From the NCBI GenBank assembly GCA_040755455.1, contig JBFMAY010000026.1, forward strand, positions 1 through 55,292: a DNA stretch of 55,292 nt, given 5' to 3'. A program made the position numbers and the translations under genes. The notes under the pieces are model-generated. The model worked only from the letters and a program-made list of their open reading frames with translations. It searched no databases and was not told the DNA's origin. The stretch's first letter is position 1; every line of letters starts with the position of its first letter. The stretch is from Thermodesulfobacteriota bacterium. GTDB taxonomy: Bacteria; Desulfobacterota; Desulfobulbia; Desulfobulbales; SURF-16. This document shows positions 8,737 to 18,215 of the stretch, in pieces.

Positions 8737-10179
8737 ATGGAGAAGAAAATGAAAAAGACCCTCATTGCCACCTTTACCGCCGTGCTGTTCATGGCCCACA
8801 GCATCCCCGCCCTGAGCGCGGAATACACCACCACCCTGGCCGACCAGCAGGGAGTTGCCATCACCATCTACAACCAGAACCTGGCCCTGGTAAAAGACCG
8901 GCGCACCATCAGCCTGCCGGCCGGGGAAAATGTCCTTTCCTTCCGGGAAGTCAGCGCCCAGATCAAGGCGGAAACCGCTTTGCTCACCGGCGGCGGCCTT
9001 GCCATCCTGGAGCAGAACTTTGAGTTTGATCTGCTCACCCCCCAGGCCCTGCTGGAAAAATATGTGGGCCAGGAGGTGACGGTGATCCGCACCCATCCCA
9101 CCACCGGCGAGGAAAGCCGGGAGAAGGCCAAAGTGCTGAGCGCAAGCGACGGGGTGGTGCTCAGGCTGGGCGACCATATCGAAACAGGCATCCCCGGCCG
9201 CCTGGTGTTTGACCATGTGCCGGAAAACCTGCGGGACCGGCCCACCCTGACCATGCTGGCCAACAGCGCAACGGACAAGCCCCAGCAGGTGGAGTTGAGC
9301 TATCTGACCGGGGGGCTGGGCTGGCAGGCGGACTATGTGGCGGAACTCAACCCCACGGACAACGCCATGGATATCAACGGCTGGGTCACCCTGACCAACC
9401 AGAGCGGGGCCACATACAACAATGCCAGCCTGCAGCTGGTGGCCGGCGATGTCCATCAGGCGCCCCCCGAACAGCCGGCCCGCAGGCTCGCCCAGGACAA
9501 GGTCATGACCATGGCTGCGGAGATGCAGGATGCCATGGCCGAGGAGCAGATGTTTGAATACCACCTCTACAGCCTGGAGCGGCCGACCACCATCCGGGAC
9601 AACCAGACCAAGCAGGTTGCCCTGCTGCAGGCCGGCCAGGTGCCCTGCCGCAAGGAACTGATCCTGCAGGGCGGCGACTATTACTACCGCAGCCAGTACG
9701 GCGAGCTCGGCGAGAAAATGAAAATCGGCGTTTTCGTGGAGGTGGCCAACAGCAAGGACAACCATCTGGGTCTTCCCCTGCCCAGAGGGGTGGTGCGGGT
9801 CTATAAAAAGGATTCACGGGACAGGCTGCAGTTTATCGGCGAGGATCGCATCGATCACACCCCGGAAAACGAGACCCTGCGCCTGAAACTCGGCGACTCC
9901 TTTGACGTCACGGCAAACCGGAAACAGACGGATTTCAAAAAGGTGGCGGGCTCTTCCCGCTATGACTATGTGTACGAGGGCGCCTATAGTATTGAACTGA
10001 AAAACGGCAAAAAGGAGGCGGCAACCGTCAAGGTGGTGGAACCCATTCCCGGCGACTGGGAGATGCTGGCAGAGTCGCTGCCCCATGCCAAGGCGGCGAG
10101 CAACACGGCAGTCTGGCAGGTGCCGGTGCCAGGGCTCGGCGCAACCACCCTGACCTACAAAGTCAGGGTGAAATATTAA
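8737..10179 (+). CDS. Exported DUF4139-like protein
   Basis: Signal peptide; ITIYNQNLALVKDRR, EQNFEFDL, LSYLTGGLGWQADY pattern; family recalled from memory; start may be 8749. Confidence 0.75.
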   Translation: MEKKMKKTLIATFTAVLFMAHSIPALSAEYTTTLADQQGVAITIYNQNLALVKDRRTISLPAGENVLSFREVSAQIKAETALLTGGGLAILEQNFEFDLLTPQALLEKYVGQEVTVIRTHPTTGEESREKAKVLSASDGVVLRLGDHIETGIPGRLVFDHVPENLRDRPTLTMLANSATDKPQQVELSYLTGGLGWQADYVAELNPTDNAMDINGWVTLTNQSGATYNNASLQLVAGDVHQAPPEQPARRLAQDKVMTMAAEMQDAMAEEQMFEYHLYSLERPTTIRDNQTKQVALLQAGQVPCRKELILQGGDYYYRSQYGELGEKMKIGVFVEVANSKDNHLGLPLPRGVVRVYKKDSRDRLQFIGEDRIDHTPENETLRLKLGDSFDVTANRKQTDFKKVAGSSRYDYVYEGAYSIELKNGKKEAATVKVVEPIPGDWEMLAESLPHAKAASNTAVWQVPVPGLGATTLTYKVRVKY

Positions 10180-10185
10180 CAGCAA

Positions 10186-10515
10186 TCAGAGTTTTTTCGG
10201 CTTTTTTCGCCAGCCGTCCACCAGGTGCATGAACCCGAGATAGGGATGATGGAGCATCATGCGCGGCCCGACGTAGCGCATCACCTTGCGGATCTTTTCC
10301 CGCATAGCCGGCTTATAGCAGTGGACGGCGCATTTGCCGCAGGTCGTCTTGCCTTGCTGAAAAGGGCATTTCTGCAGACGCCGGCGGGCATAGTCCAGCA
10401 GCTCGCCGCACTCGGCGCACAGCGGCTGGCCGCCATGATGGAACTTCCGGCAGTAGATGCGGATCATGGCCTCAATGGTTTCGGCCTCTCTTTGTATACG
10501 TCTGGAAGAATACAT
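10186..10515 (-). CDS. YgbA-like (nitrous oxide-stimulated promoter family) Cys-rich protein
   Basis: MIRIYCRKFH..LCAEC..CPF..KTTCGKCAVHCYKP..MRYVGPRMMLHHP. Confidence 0.85.
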   Translation of the reverse strand: MYSSRRIQREAETIEAMIRIYCRKFHHGGQPLCAECGELLDYARRRLQKCPFQQGKTTCGKCAVHCYKPAMREKIRKVMRYVGPRMMLHHPYLGFMHLVDGWRKKPKKL

Positions 10516-10743
10516 GGGGGGTAAAAAAAGATCTTTTTTGCGCGGCTCAAGTAAGATTGGGTTTATGCGCCGGAAGGCGCTGCCGGATTCTTTCCGCCAG
10601 CCCTTCATCGTCTCTACCGGGACATTAGCAGCCAGCAATCATGCAAGTCAAGCGGAACATCACCGCAGCCGGGCAAAGAAATTGAGTTGCAAATTACGGT
10701 TTCTCATGCTAAAAATCGCCTTTACAATTTTGCATGCCTTCAG

Positions 10744-10820
10744 GCGCCCGTAGCTCAGCAGGATAGAGCACCGGCCTTCTAAGCCGTAGGTCACAGGTTC
10801 GAATCCTGTCGGGCGCGCCA
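10744..10820 (+). tRNA. tRNA-Arg (anticodon UCU)
   Basis: Acceptor stem GCGCCCG/CGGGCGC, D arm TAGCTCAGCAGGATAGAGC, anticodon loop CT-TCT-AA, GGTTCGAATCC T arm, encoded CCA. Confidence 0.97.
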
Positions 10821-10834
10821 CAAATACAATCAAG

Positions 10835-10869
10835 AAGCCATTAGCTCGTATAGAGTTAATGGCTTTTTT
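10835..10869 (+). terminator. Terminator-like hairpin after tRNA-Arg
   Basis: AAGCCATTAGCTC-GTATA-GAGTTAATGGCTT followed by a T run. Confidence 0.75.
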
Positions 10870-11253
10870 GTTTGGTTCTATGAAATAGATAAAAACTATC
10901 AAAAAAGGGCAAAGATATAAACGCGTCTGGCAATCCTCGGCATCAGATTTCACTGAATTTTGTTACGTGGAGTCAGGAATTATGTCAGCTTGCTTTATTA
11001 TTACCCTTCATTACCCTTGCCAGAACAAATCTCAATTGCCAAGGGGGCTAAAAGAAACATTTTTATCCTACAAAATTGCTGGATAAAAACTTTCTGAGTG
11101 ATAATATGCGTTAGAATAGCGGCATAAAAAATTTTATGCTTCCATAAAGACGTAAGACTCGGCGTCTTTTCGGAAGTTGACACTTGGTTCACTTGGTTAG
11201 GCGCTCGCCGCTGCGCTGCTACCGGAGAGTCAGGTACGAAAGTTGTTGCCGCT

Positions 11254-14200
11254 ATGAAAAGGACTCCGATTCCAGCTTGGCTCTTTGCCCCTCCGGTGCA
11301 GCTTGACCGTCCGCCCGTCATCAAGCGGGAGCAAGGTTTGCCCTTTGACCAACTGACCTGGCCAGACTTCGAACGCCTTGTTCTTCGAGTTGTAGCGGCT
11401 GACCGTGAGGTACTTGATTGCCGCGTCTATGGCGTGCCAGGCCAAGCGCAACATGGCATTGACCTTCTTGCAACGCGAGTTGCCTCGCCCGGCGAACAAG
11501 CTTGCTTTCAGTGCAAGAAGGTCAAAGGCTTTCGTGTCGCTGATGTACATGCGGCAATAAAGAAGTTTGAGGAGGGGCCCTGGACGACGCGAACACGCGA
11601 GTTCACGCTGTGTGTCGCTTCTTCTCTCGAATCTACCGATCTCACGGACGCGATAGTCAAGGAGCGTGCGCGTCTTGCAGCGAGCAACATTGTGCTTCGT
11701 GTCTGGGACGGATCGCCATCAGGAGAGCTAAATGTTCTCTTGAAGGATCTTCCCCAGATCGTTGACGACTTCTTCGGCAGAGAGTGGGTCCGGGCGTTTA
11801 ATGGCCAAGCAGCCGCAAATAACCTGGGTGAACGCCTTGACGGTATCGACTTCGCGGCACTTCGAGAACGTCTGTCGGAACTCTATCGCGTCATCTTCTC
11901 GCAACACGACCCTGGTCTCCGGCCTTGCCAGTCCGAACCTAACGACTATTCACGACGATATGTGCGCGCCGACATCCTAGAGAGCGCTGTTGTAGAACAA
12001 GGCAGCCTGGTTGGTGCAGGGCGGCGGGAAAGTGTGGAGAGCAGAGCACAACCGACTTCAGATCGAATGGAGCATGAGCCACAGCAAACTTCTGCACCTG
12101 CCGTTAGCACGTATTCCGTGCGTCGTCCTACCTGGGAGTGGCTGCGAGATAAGGAGAACTGCATTGTTCTTGGCGAACCTGGTCATGGGAAGAGCGTGCT
12201 ACTTCGACAGCTCGCCATCGTGCTCAATACCAAAGACTTTGTCGAAGAAATGCCATTTGGAACGTCGCACGCGCGACGGCTTCCCGTCTGGATATCGTTT
12301 GCTCGCTTCGCTGCTGCTATAGCGAAAGACTCATCGATAAGCGTTGAGGACTTCTTCTGCTCCTGGCTTCACCAGTACGGATATGGAGATACGCAGCACC
12401 TATTCCGAAAGGCGCTCCGCGATTCGGCGTTCGTGCTTCTTGTTGATGGCTTAGACGAAGGCGCGGAGGCCAAGGAAGGATGCGAGGCCCTTGATCGGGT
12501 GATCACATTCAGCAGATCGCATCGTGCGATAGTAGTTTGCACAAGTAGGCCGCGTTCATTTGCCTCATTGCCCGTGCCTCTGATGTGGCCTTCCGCGACG
12601 CTAGCACCATTAGATGATGGCCAGATCGAAGAGCTGGCTACGCGTTGGTTCGCCATCGCCGAAGGCGCCTCGACTGACGAGTCCGACGAAACCAGATTGG
12701 CGCGCGCAAAACCGCGGGGCGAAGGATTTTGTAATGCGATCAAGGCCAGCGCACGTACTCACGAACTGGCGCGCAACCCCTTGCTGTGCCAGGCCTTGAT
12801 CGAGTTGTATCGGCTGTCACATCGACTCCCGGAAGCGCGGATTCGTGCCTACGGGGAGATCATCGATTTGTTCTTGCGCCGACATCCGCAAGCAAGAGCG
12901 CATGCAGGTTTTGCGACCCCCCCGGCGGCGCTTGAGGACCTTCGAGATGCAGACTTGCAGGACATCCTGATAAAGATTGCTTCCGACACTCAATCCACCG
13001 AAACCGGGGACATAGCATTACGAGAACGATGCGTTGAGCTCTGTGCTCAGTATCTTGAGGATGACCTGATGGGCCTTGGTCTACCTCGTCCCAGGGCGGT
13101 GCGGCGAGCGCCAGAGATCATCGAACTCTTAATCAATCACTTCGGGATCCTGATTGAAAGGTCACCCGGTGAGCTCAGTTTCGTTCACCTTAGTCTCCAA
13201 GAGTTCTTGGCTGCAAAGGCAGTGGCTGCAATGCCTGAGCCCGAGCAGTTGACCTGGGTACGAACCGTTGCTCTACAGCAAAAGTGGCGAGAGTGTCTCA
13301 TCTGCTGGTTCGCAATCCAGGGCGAGATTGGGCACCGGACGTTGGCAGTATATGCGAGTCGGATACTTGAAGAGATAGGCCGGAGAGGTGAATGGGAACG
13401 CCTGCAAACCCTCAGCCTACGCACGGTGCTAGCTACCGCCGATCTGGGGCTACCGGTCGGCGAAGCCAGAAATGTCATCGCGGAAGCCATTCAGGAAGTG
13501 GACACATCGCCGTTTCCTGACTTTCGCAGCAAACTCGCCCGCAGTATCACAGTAGGCGCCCTCGGAGGCTCGATTAAGGAAGAGTGTGCAGCCGCGATCG
13601 TTCGCTGGACGCCGGCGCGCTCCTACTTCGACCGTGCGCAAATGCTAAGGGCCTTCGGAGGCTGGAGCGCCTCGACTGACCTTGAAGAGACCCTGAGGCG
13701 CGCATTGCGCGACGAAAGGGTCGAGTGTCGCCGGGCGGCCGCCGAGTCGTACGCTGAGGCTTTCGCTGCGAATCCGATGGCACCGCCTTATCTCTTGAGT
13801 GTCGCAAAGTCGAATGCACGGCCCGAAGTTCGGGCAGCTGCTCTTCACGCATTGACGCAAATATCGGCGTGGAGTGACTTCGCATCAGAAGCTGCAGAAT
13901 GGAACATCGGATCGCACGCCCCCGAACTCCAGTTGAGCTGCATAGCTACTCGAGTCAGATCGCAGCTGCACACTAAAGACGATCTAGCTAGGCTACTCAC
14001 CATTCTGTCGGCCGACTCGCTCGACTACGCTTTGCGCGAGCAGCTCACTAGGCTGATCTGTGACGGGTGGCCGCGAGACACGGCACTACGTTCACGGTGC
14101 CTTCGGTTCATCCGACAAGAACACGGGACGGCAGATTTGCCGTTCCCACTTGAGTATCTGGTAAGCGGCTACCAAAACGACAGCGAGATTGCAGGTGCGA

Positions 14201-16164
14201 TTGCGGGATTGCTTGGCTGTTACGGGATACACATGGTCATCAACCCTGGGCGCTTTTGGGAACTCTTGCGCGCGGGCTATGCCGGTCACCAGATCGTGGT
14301 TCAAGCAACTAGAAGTGCTCTCGCCGAATACCAAGAGAAGTTTGCGGCCATTATGTGGCATCCGCACACGGTGCCAGCTTACCTTGTACTAGCTGACGAC
14401 CAGGCACGCGACGAGTTGATTGCGGGTTACCGTGATGCGGACCTCCAGGGACGCTATTGGATCGTATCGACGCTTTTTCAAGGATGGTCACAAGACTCAG
14501 TGGTCCAAAAGCAGATACAACGTTGGGCAAACGAGTCGGTGGCGCTCGCAGCACCGTTAGCTGAGTACGCGAAGTATGTTAAGCCCTTGGAGGCAGAGCG
14601 ACTTATCTGGCTCGAACGGTTGGTGAGCGAGGCGGACGACCGCATCGTCTCGCGACCCATCTACGCACTTCTAGAGGAGCGGCCCGATGAGCGCACCCAC
14701 TCATTGGTCTCGGAGCGACTAAAGGACCCCGGAATCTGGTACTACCACCGCATAAACCTTGAAGCCACACTGGCCGCGGCTTATCCCGAGTGCGAGCAAA
14801 GTCGACACACTGTCGAACGAGCCTTCACGGAAGCTGATGGGCCTTCACTTGGTGTTCTCGCCGCCGCATACCAGAACGACCCCGCTATACGGCCACGACT
14901 GCTGACGGCCGCAGCCCCAGCGCCCGTCGACGTGCGCCTTAGCATCGCTTCCTTCTTGAGGGAGCGCGGTGGATCACCCGACCTAATCGAGCGGTTAACC
15001 CCTGGTGTCCTCACAGAGGAAACCGGTGCAGTTCGCGCAGCAGCCTTGATGGCCCGTGCGCGCGCCTGTCGCCACGACGCGAGCCGGGCTCCTTCGTTGA
15101 TTGAATTGCTTTCGGTCGAGGCAACAGCCATAGGCGTGGTGATGAATCGGCGCCGAAGAACGGCAGTTGCCGCCCTCCTTGAGATGGGCGAAGCTGACCG
15201 AGTGGCCCAGATCCTTGCTGACGACAAGCACAGCCTACCCCATCGTTGGATCGACCTGTTGGAGCGGGACTTTGTCTCGCTTGGAGCACTCCTCGACCAT
15301 TGGACGGATCTCCAGGCGGCAGCGACAACGAGGGGGTTGAGCATAAAGTTACCGGTTGCCGAACTACTTAATGCTGGCTACGGGCCGTTTCTCGAGCGAG
15401 CGTCAACTGTGCGTAGTCAGATTGAGGAGAGCTTAGATGCGAAGGGCAAGGAGTGGCACGCTGGACAGCAGATCGAGATCCTGTCGCGCCTCCATCCCCG
15501 CAGTGCGGAGTTGCGCTCGACGCTATGCAAGACCTTAGACGGACGAGCGTCGACTCTCCCTAGCGGTCGACACGCGTGTTTGGCCGTTCGACTGCTTGGT
15601 GAGCATTTTGGAGGAGACGTCGGGGTACTGGCAGATGTCATTCCCGTAGGACAACTCCCGGACTTGGCGTCAGGCTCGCCTGGGGTCCTTGGGCACTTGG
15701 TTCGCTCATGGCCGCAAATCGATCTGGCGATCGCCGCTCGCGGTAGCGGCCTGGAAGACCGAAAGCGCTGGTCGGCCCTTGATCGGCTCATCTGCACAAC
15801 CGTGTGGGGTTATTGGGATGAGGCATCGACAGCAGCGCGCGAGGTTATTTCGCAACGGTATCGTCATGGCTATGTGGAACCGGAAGATGCCGAGGCTCTT
15901 CGCATCTGGGCTCGTTCCGACGGTTCTCTAAATACCCTTGGCAGATGGAGAGAATCGTCCGACGGCGATGAAGCGACAGCTGCACTTATGTTACTAGGGG
16001 ATAGAGCCAGTATTCCTCGAGAAGATGCTGATTGGCTTAGATCCGCATTCAATCGAGGTATCGCAGACAAAACGAAGGCTCCGTTAGACGGGTATGATCT
16101 TGCTGCCGGGCATGTGGTCCCTTGGTTACAGAAGGCCTACGAGCTGCTTTCTCGATCAGGCTAG
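11254..16164 (+). CDS. Restriction-endonuclease-like / NACHT NTPase / helical-repeat protein (bacterial NLR/STAND type, putative antiphage)
   Basis: N-term FERL..GQAQHGIDL..FQCK (Mrr-like PD-(D/E)xK); Walker A GEPGHGKS; Walker B LLVDGLDE; RNPLL; FVHLSLQEFLAA; HEAT-like ECRRAAAE and PEVRAAALHAL repeats. Confidence 0.85.
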   Translation: MKRTPIPAWLFAPPVQLDRPPVIKREQGLPFDQLTWPDFERLVLRVVAADREVLDCRVYGVPGQAQHGIDLLATRVASPGEQACFQCKKVKGFRVADVHAAIKKFEEGPWTTRTREFTLCVASSLESTDLTDAIVKERARLAASNIVLRVWDGSPSGELNVLLKDLPQIVDDFFGREWVRAFNGQAAANNLGERLDGIDFAALRERLSELYRVIFSQHDPGLRPCQSEPNDYSRRYVRADILESAVVEQGSLVGAGRRESVESRAQPTSDRMEHEPQQTSAPAVSTYSVRRPTWEWLRDKENCIVLGEPGHGKSVLLRQLAIVLNTKDFVEEMPFGTSHARRLPVWISFARFAAAIAKDSSISVEDFFCSWLHQYGYGDTQHLFRKALRDSAFVLLVDGLDEGAEAKEGCEALDRVITFSRSHRAIVVCTSRPRSFASLPVPLMWPSATLAPLDDGQIEELATRWFAIAEGASTDESDETRLARAKPRGEGFCNAIKASARTHELARNPLLCQALIELYRLSHRLPEARIRAYGEIIDLFLRRHPQARAHAGFATPPAALEDLRDADLQDILIKIASDTQSTETGDIALRERCVELCAQYLEDDLMGLGLPRPRAVRRAPEIIELLINHFGILIERSPGELSFVHLSLQEFLAAKAVAAMPEPEQLTWVRTVALQQKWRECLICWFAIQGEIGHRTLAVYASRILEEIGRRGEWERLQTLSLRTVLATADLGLPVGEARNVIAEAIQEVDTSPFPDFRSKLARSITVGALGGSIKEECAAAIVRWTPARSYFDRAQMLRAFGGWSASTDLEETLRRALRDERVECRRAAAESYAEAFAANPMAPPYLLSVAKSNARPEVRAAALHALTQISAWSDFASEAAEWNIGSHAPELQLSCIATRVRSQLHTKDDLARLLTILSADSLDYALREQLTRLICDGWPRDTALRSRCLRFIRQEHGTADLPFPLEYLVSGYQNDSEIAGAIAGLLGCYGIHMVINPGRFWELLRAGYAGHQIVVQATRSALAEYQEKFAAIMWHPHTVPAYLVLADDQARDELIAGYRDADLQGRYWIVSTLFQGWSQDSVVQKQIQRWANESVALAAPLAEYAKYVKPLEAERLIWLERLVSEADDRIVSRPIYALLEERPDERTHSLVSERLKDPGIWYYHRINLEATLAAAYPECEQSRHTVERAFTEADGPSLGVLAAAYQNDPAIRPRLLTAAAPAPVDVRLSIASFLRERGGSPDLIERLTPGVLTEETGAVRAAALMARARACRHDASRAPSLIELLSVEATAIGVVMNRRRRTAVAALLEMGEADRVAQILADDKHSLPHRWIDLLERDFVSLGALLDHWTDLQAAATTRGLSIKLPVAELLNAGYGPFLERASTVRSQIEESLDAKGKEWHAGQQIEILSRLHPRSAELRSTLCKTLDGRASTLPSGRHACLAVRLLGEHFGGDVGVLADVIPVGQLPDLASGSPGVLGHLVRSWPQIDLAIAARGSGLEDRKRWSALDRLICTTVWGYWDEASTAAREVISQRYRHGYVEPEDAEALRIWARSDGSLNTLGRWRESSDGDEATAALMLLGDRASIPREDADWLRSAFNRGIADKTKAPLDGYDLAAGHVVPWLQKAYELLSRSG

Positions 16165-16356
16165 GCCATGGGGCGACATATCTCCGGCATTCCCGCAGAA
16201 AGTGGTACCAGCCGACACGTATAGAGATCATCTGCTTCACTCGGCTGGAAACCCCACGATGAACATATCGGCGCTGCTCGCGTGCGAGCGCCGGGCCTTT
16301 GATTGATCGTTTCTATTAGGTGAGCATAGTGCCCGCGTCGAGCGAGGCTTCCAGGT

Positions 16357-16490
16357 TCCGGCTTCCTTCAGACGGTTCCTCGCGGTTCCGCCCTTGCCTT
16401 CGGCTAGTATTTTGTTCCTGTCTCACGACAGTAACGGGTTTACATACAGGGGACTTACACCCCATAAGATCACGCCCATGCCGGGCGTAC
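16357..16490 (-). mobile_element. 5' fragment (domain I) of a group IIC intron, truncated, no RT ORF
   Basis: Minus strand GTACGCCCGGCATGGGCGTG...GGGTGTAAGTCCC...TACTAGCCGAAGGCAAGGG...TCTGAAGGAAGCCGGA matches the group IIC 5' pattern; left boundary uncertain (could extend to about 16305). Confidence 0.8.
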
Positions 16491-16575
16491 CCATTGCATT
16501 CACCAGACGGCAAGGAGCTCGGCGGCGCTGACGCGGCAAGCTTGGGTGAGCCGCTGGTGATGCAGGTCGTTCAAC
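16491..16575 (+). other. attC-like integron cassette recombination site (left R box interrupted by intron)
   Basis: TGCATTCACCAG...CTGGTGA-TGCA inverted arms with one extrahelical base, GC-rich centre, terminal GGTC-GTTCAAC. Confidence 0.7.
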
Positions 16576-16788
16576 CCTTATGATTGCCAAATCGAAGATT
16601 ATCATAAGCGCAACAAGTCCAAGGTTAATCTTACTACTGTAAATCCCACAGGGGGTACTCATGGCCACACAATTTTGTCGGACGGCGCCATACCTATAGG
16701 TTTTGCATTTCTGGCTAAACCCGCATGTTTTTCTCTCCCTTGCCGGCAGTCTCATTTCCCCTGGTTTGAAAATGAAAAAGACCAAAAA

Positions 16789-17850
16789 TCAAATAAAGGG
16801 GGCGGTATCCCCGCCCTGGCCAAGCAAGTTCTGCATGGCCTCGGGCAGGGTGGAACTGAACTCAAGCTCCCGGCCGCTGAAGGGATGGCGGAGGCGTAAG
16901 GTTGCCGCGTGCAGGGCCTGCCGGTCCAGCCGCAACCGTTGCTGGTCGGCCTTGGTCAAAACGCCCTGCCGGAAACGGAGAAACAGCTGTTCGTCCACCC
17001 CGTAAAGCTTGTCGCCCACCACCGGGAAACCGAGACTGCAGAGGGTGGCCCGGATCTGATGGCAGCGGCCGGTGAGCGGTATGGCCGCAAGCAGACTGAT
17101 GCCGTTGTCACTGCGCAGCCGCCGCAGGACCGTGCTGCATGGCACGGCCCCGGCCGGGGGCTCTGCCGCCGCTCCACTCGGGTAAAAGCGTACCTTCTTG
17201 CGGATGGCGCTGGCCGGGTCAGGGGCCAGGCAGCCGTCGGCCTGCAGGGCCGGAAACGGAAACTCCCCTTCCACCATTACCAGGTAACGCTTATACACCT
17301 GACGGCTGGCAAACTGCTGATAACAGAGGCGGGCCGCCTGTTTGTTCTTGGAGACCAGGACAATGCCGGAAGTCTCCCGGTCCAGCCGGTTGATCAGTGA
17401 CGGGCCGGCTAAGCCATGCCGCTCCCGCAGCAGGGCCCACAGGGTATGCCGGAAAAAACTGCCGGCCGGATGGCAGGGCAGCCTGCCCGGTTTATCCACC
17501 ACCAGCAGATCATCATCCTCATAAAGTACGGCAAAATTTTGATCAACCGGCGGTTCCGGAAGTTCCGGCAGCAGATAGACGAGCCGGTCACCTGCGGCCA
17601 GCAGGGACTGGGAAACAGCGCGCTTGCCACACAGCAGAAAACGGCCGGCATCGAGCTCCTGCCGCCACTCTTCCCGGCTGCGATAGGTGAAGCGGGCTGA
17701 AACAAAATCCAGCACCAGGCAGCCGGCATATTCAGGCTTGATGACCACGGCGGTTTTCCTCACCAGGCCAACCTCAGCCATTGTTTTTTCTGCAGGTTGG
17801 CCTAAGGCAGAGTTGCCGTGGGCTATTTCATCAGATTGTTCTCTTGTCAT
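16789..17850 (-). CDS. RluA-family pseudouridine synthase
   Basis: VVDKPGRLPCHP, NRLDRETSG (catalytic Asp), TGRCHQIR, VGDKLYG, QALHA; true start may be downstream. Confidence 0.92.
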   Translation of the reverse strand: MTREQSDEIAHGNSALGQPAEKTMAEVGLVRKTAVVIKPEYAGCLVLDFVSARFTYRSREEWRQELDAGRFLLCGKRAVSQSLLAAGDRLVYLLPELPEPPVDQNFAVLYEDDDLLVVDKPGRLPCHPAGSFFRHTLWALLRERHGLAGPSLINRLDRETSGIVLVSKNKQAARLCYQQFASRQVYKRYLVMVEGEFPFPALQADGCLAPDPASAIRKKVRFYPSGAAAEPPAGAVPCSTVLRRLRSDNGISLLAAIPLTGRCHQIRATLCSLGFPVVGDKLYGVDEQLFLRFRQGVLTKADQQRLRLDRQALHAATLRLRHPFSGRELEFSSTLPEAMQNLLGQGGDTAPFI

Positions 17851-18006
17851 GCGATTTGCTGAAAATTTTCCTGCCCGACGGGAAAAAGCCCGTTGGCAAC
17901 ATCGTAATAATCCCGGTTATGGTGTACAATGCGGCCCGTTTTTCCCTGAACATACTATGAAGCCAGCCATTCTGCTCAAAAAAACGGGAACAAGACAGGT
18001 GACAAT

Positions 18007-18174
18007 ATGAAACTATGGGTTACGCCGGAGGGAGACCGATGGCTCTGTGATGAGTGCCGGAAACAATACGAAAAGGTAATCGAGGAAGAGGGGTGGCGGG
18101 TGGCCTTTGAGAAATGGGAGCCCATGCTGCGCTGCTCGGAATGCCATCACTCCGATATGGAGATCATGGATTAG
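18007..18174 (+). CDS. Small CxxC...CxxC protein (55 aa, not in ORF track)
   Basis: MKLWVTPEGDRWLCDECRKQYEKVIEEEGWRVAFEKWEPMLRCSECHHSDMEIMD*; AGGTG RBS-like sequence upstream. Confidence 0.65.
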   Translation: MKLWVTPEGDRWLCDECRKQYEKVIEEEGWRVAFEKWEPMLRCSECHHSDMEIMD

Positions 18175-18215
18175 GATGCGCCATTTGCCAAATCGTTTAC
18201 CGACAACAGCCAGCC

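Larger units (their letters stand above)
10821..16690. mobile_element. Putative tRNA-associated accessory islet (integron-cassette-like remnant, no integrase)
   Basis: Follows tRNA-Arg; codon style differs from flanks; contains an attC-like site, an intron remnant and a degenerate tRNA 3'-end copy at 16671-16690. Confidence 0.55.

Noticed and set aside
10880..11010. Possible decayed integron-integrase N-terminus on the minus strand (IIPDST / KFSEI / RGLP pieces)
   Set aside because: Needs stops and frameshifts and has no catalytic motifs; cannot be supported without tblastn
16580..16642. 20-codon ORF right after the attC-like site as a second cassette
   Set aside because: Too short, no following attC; at most a remnant
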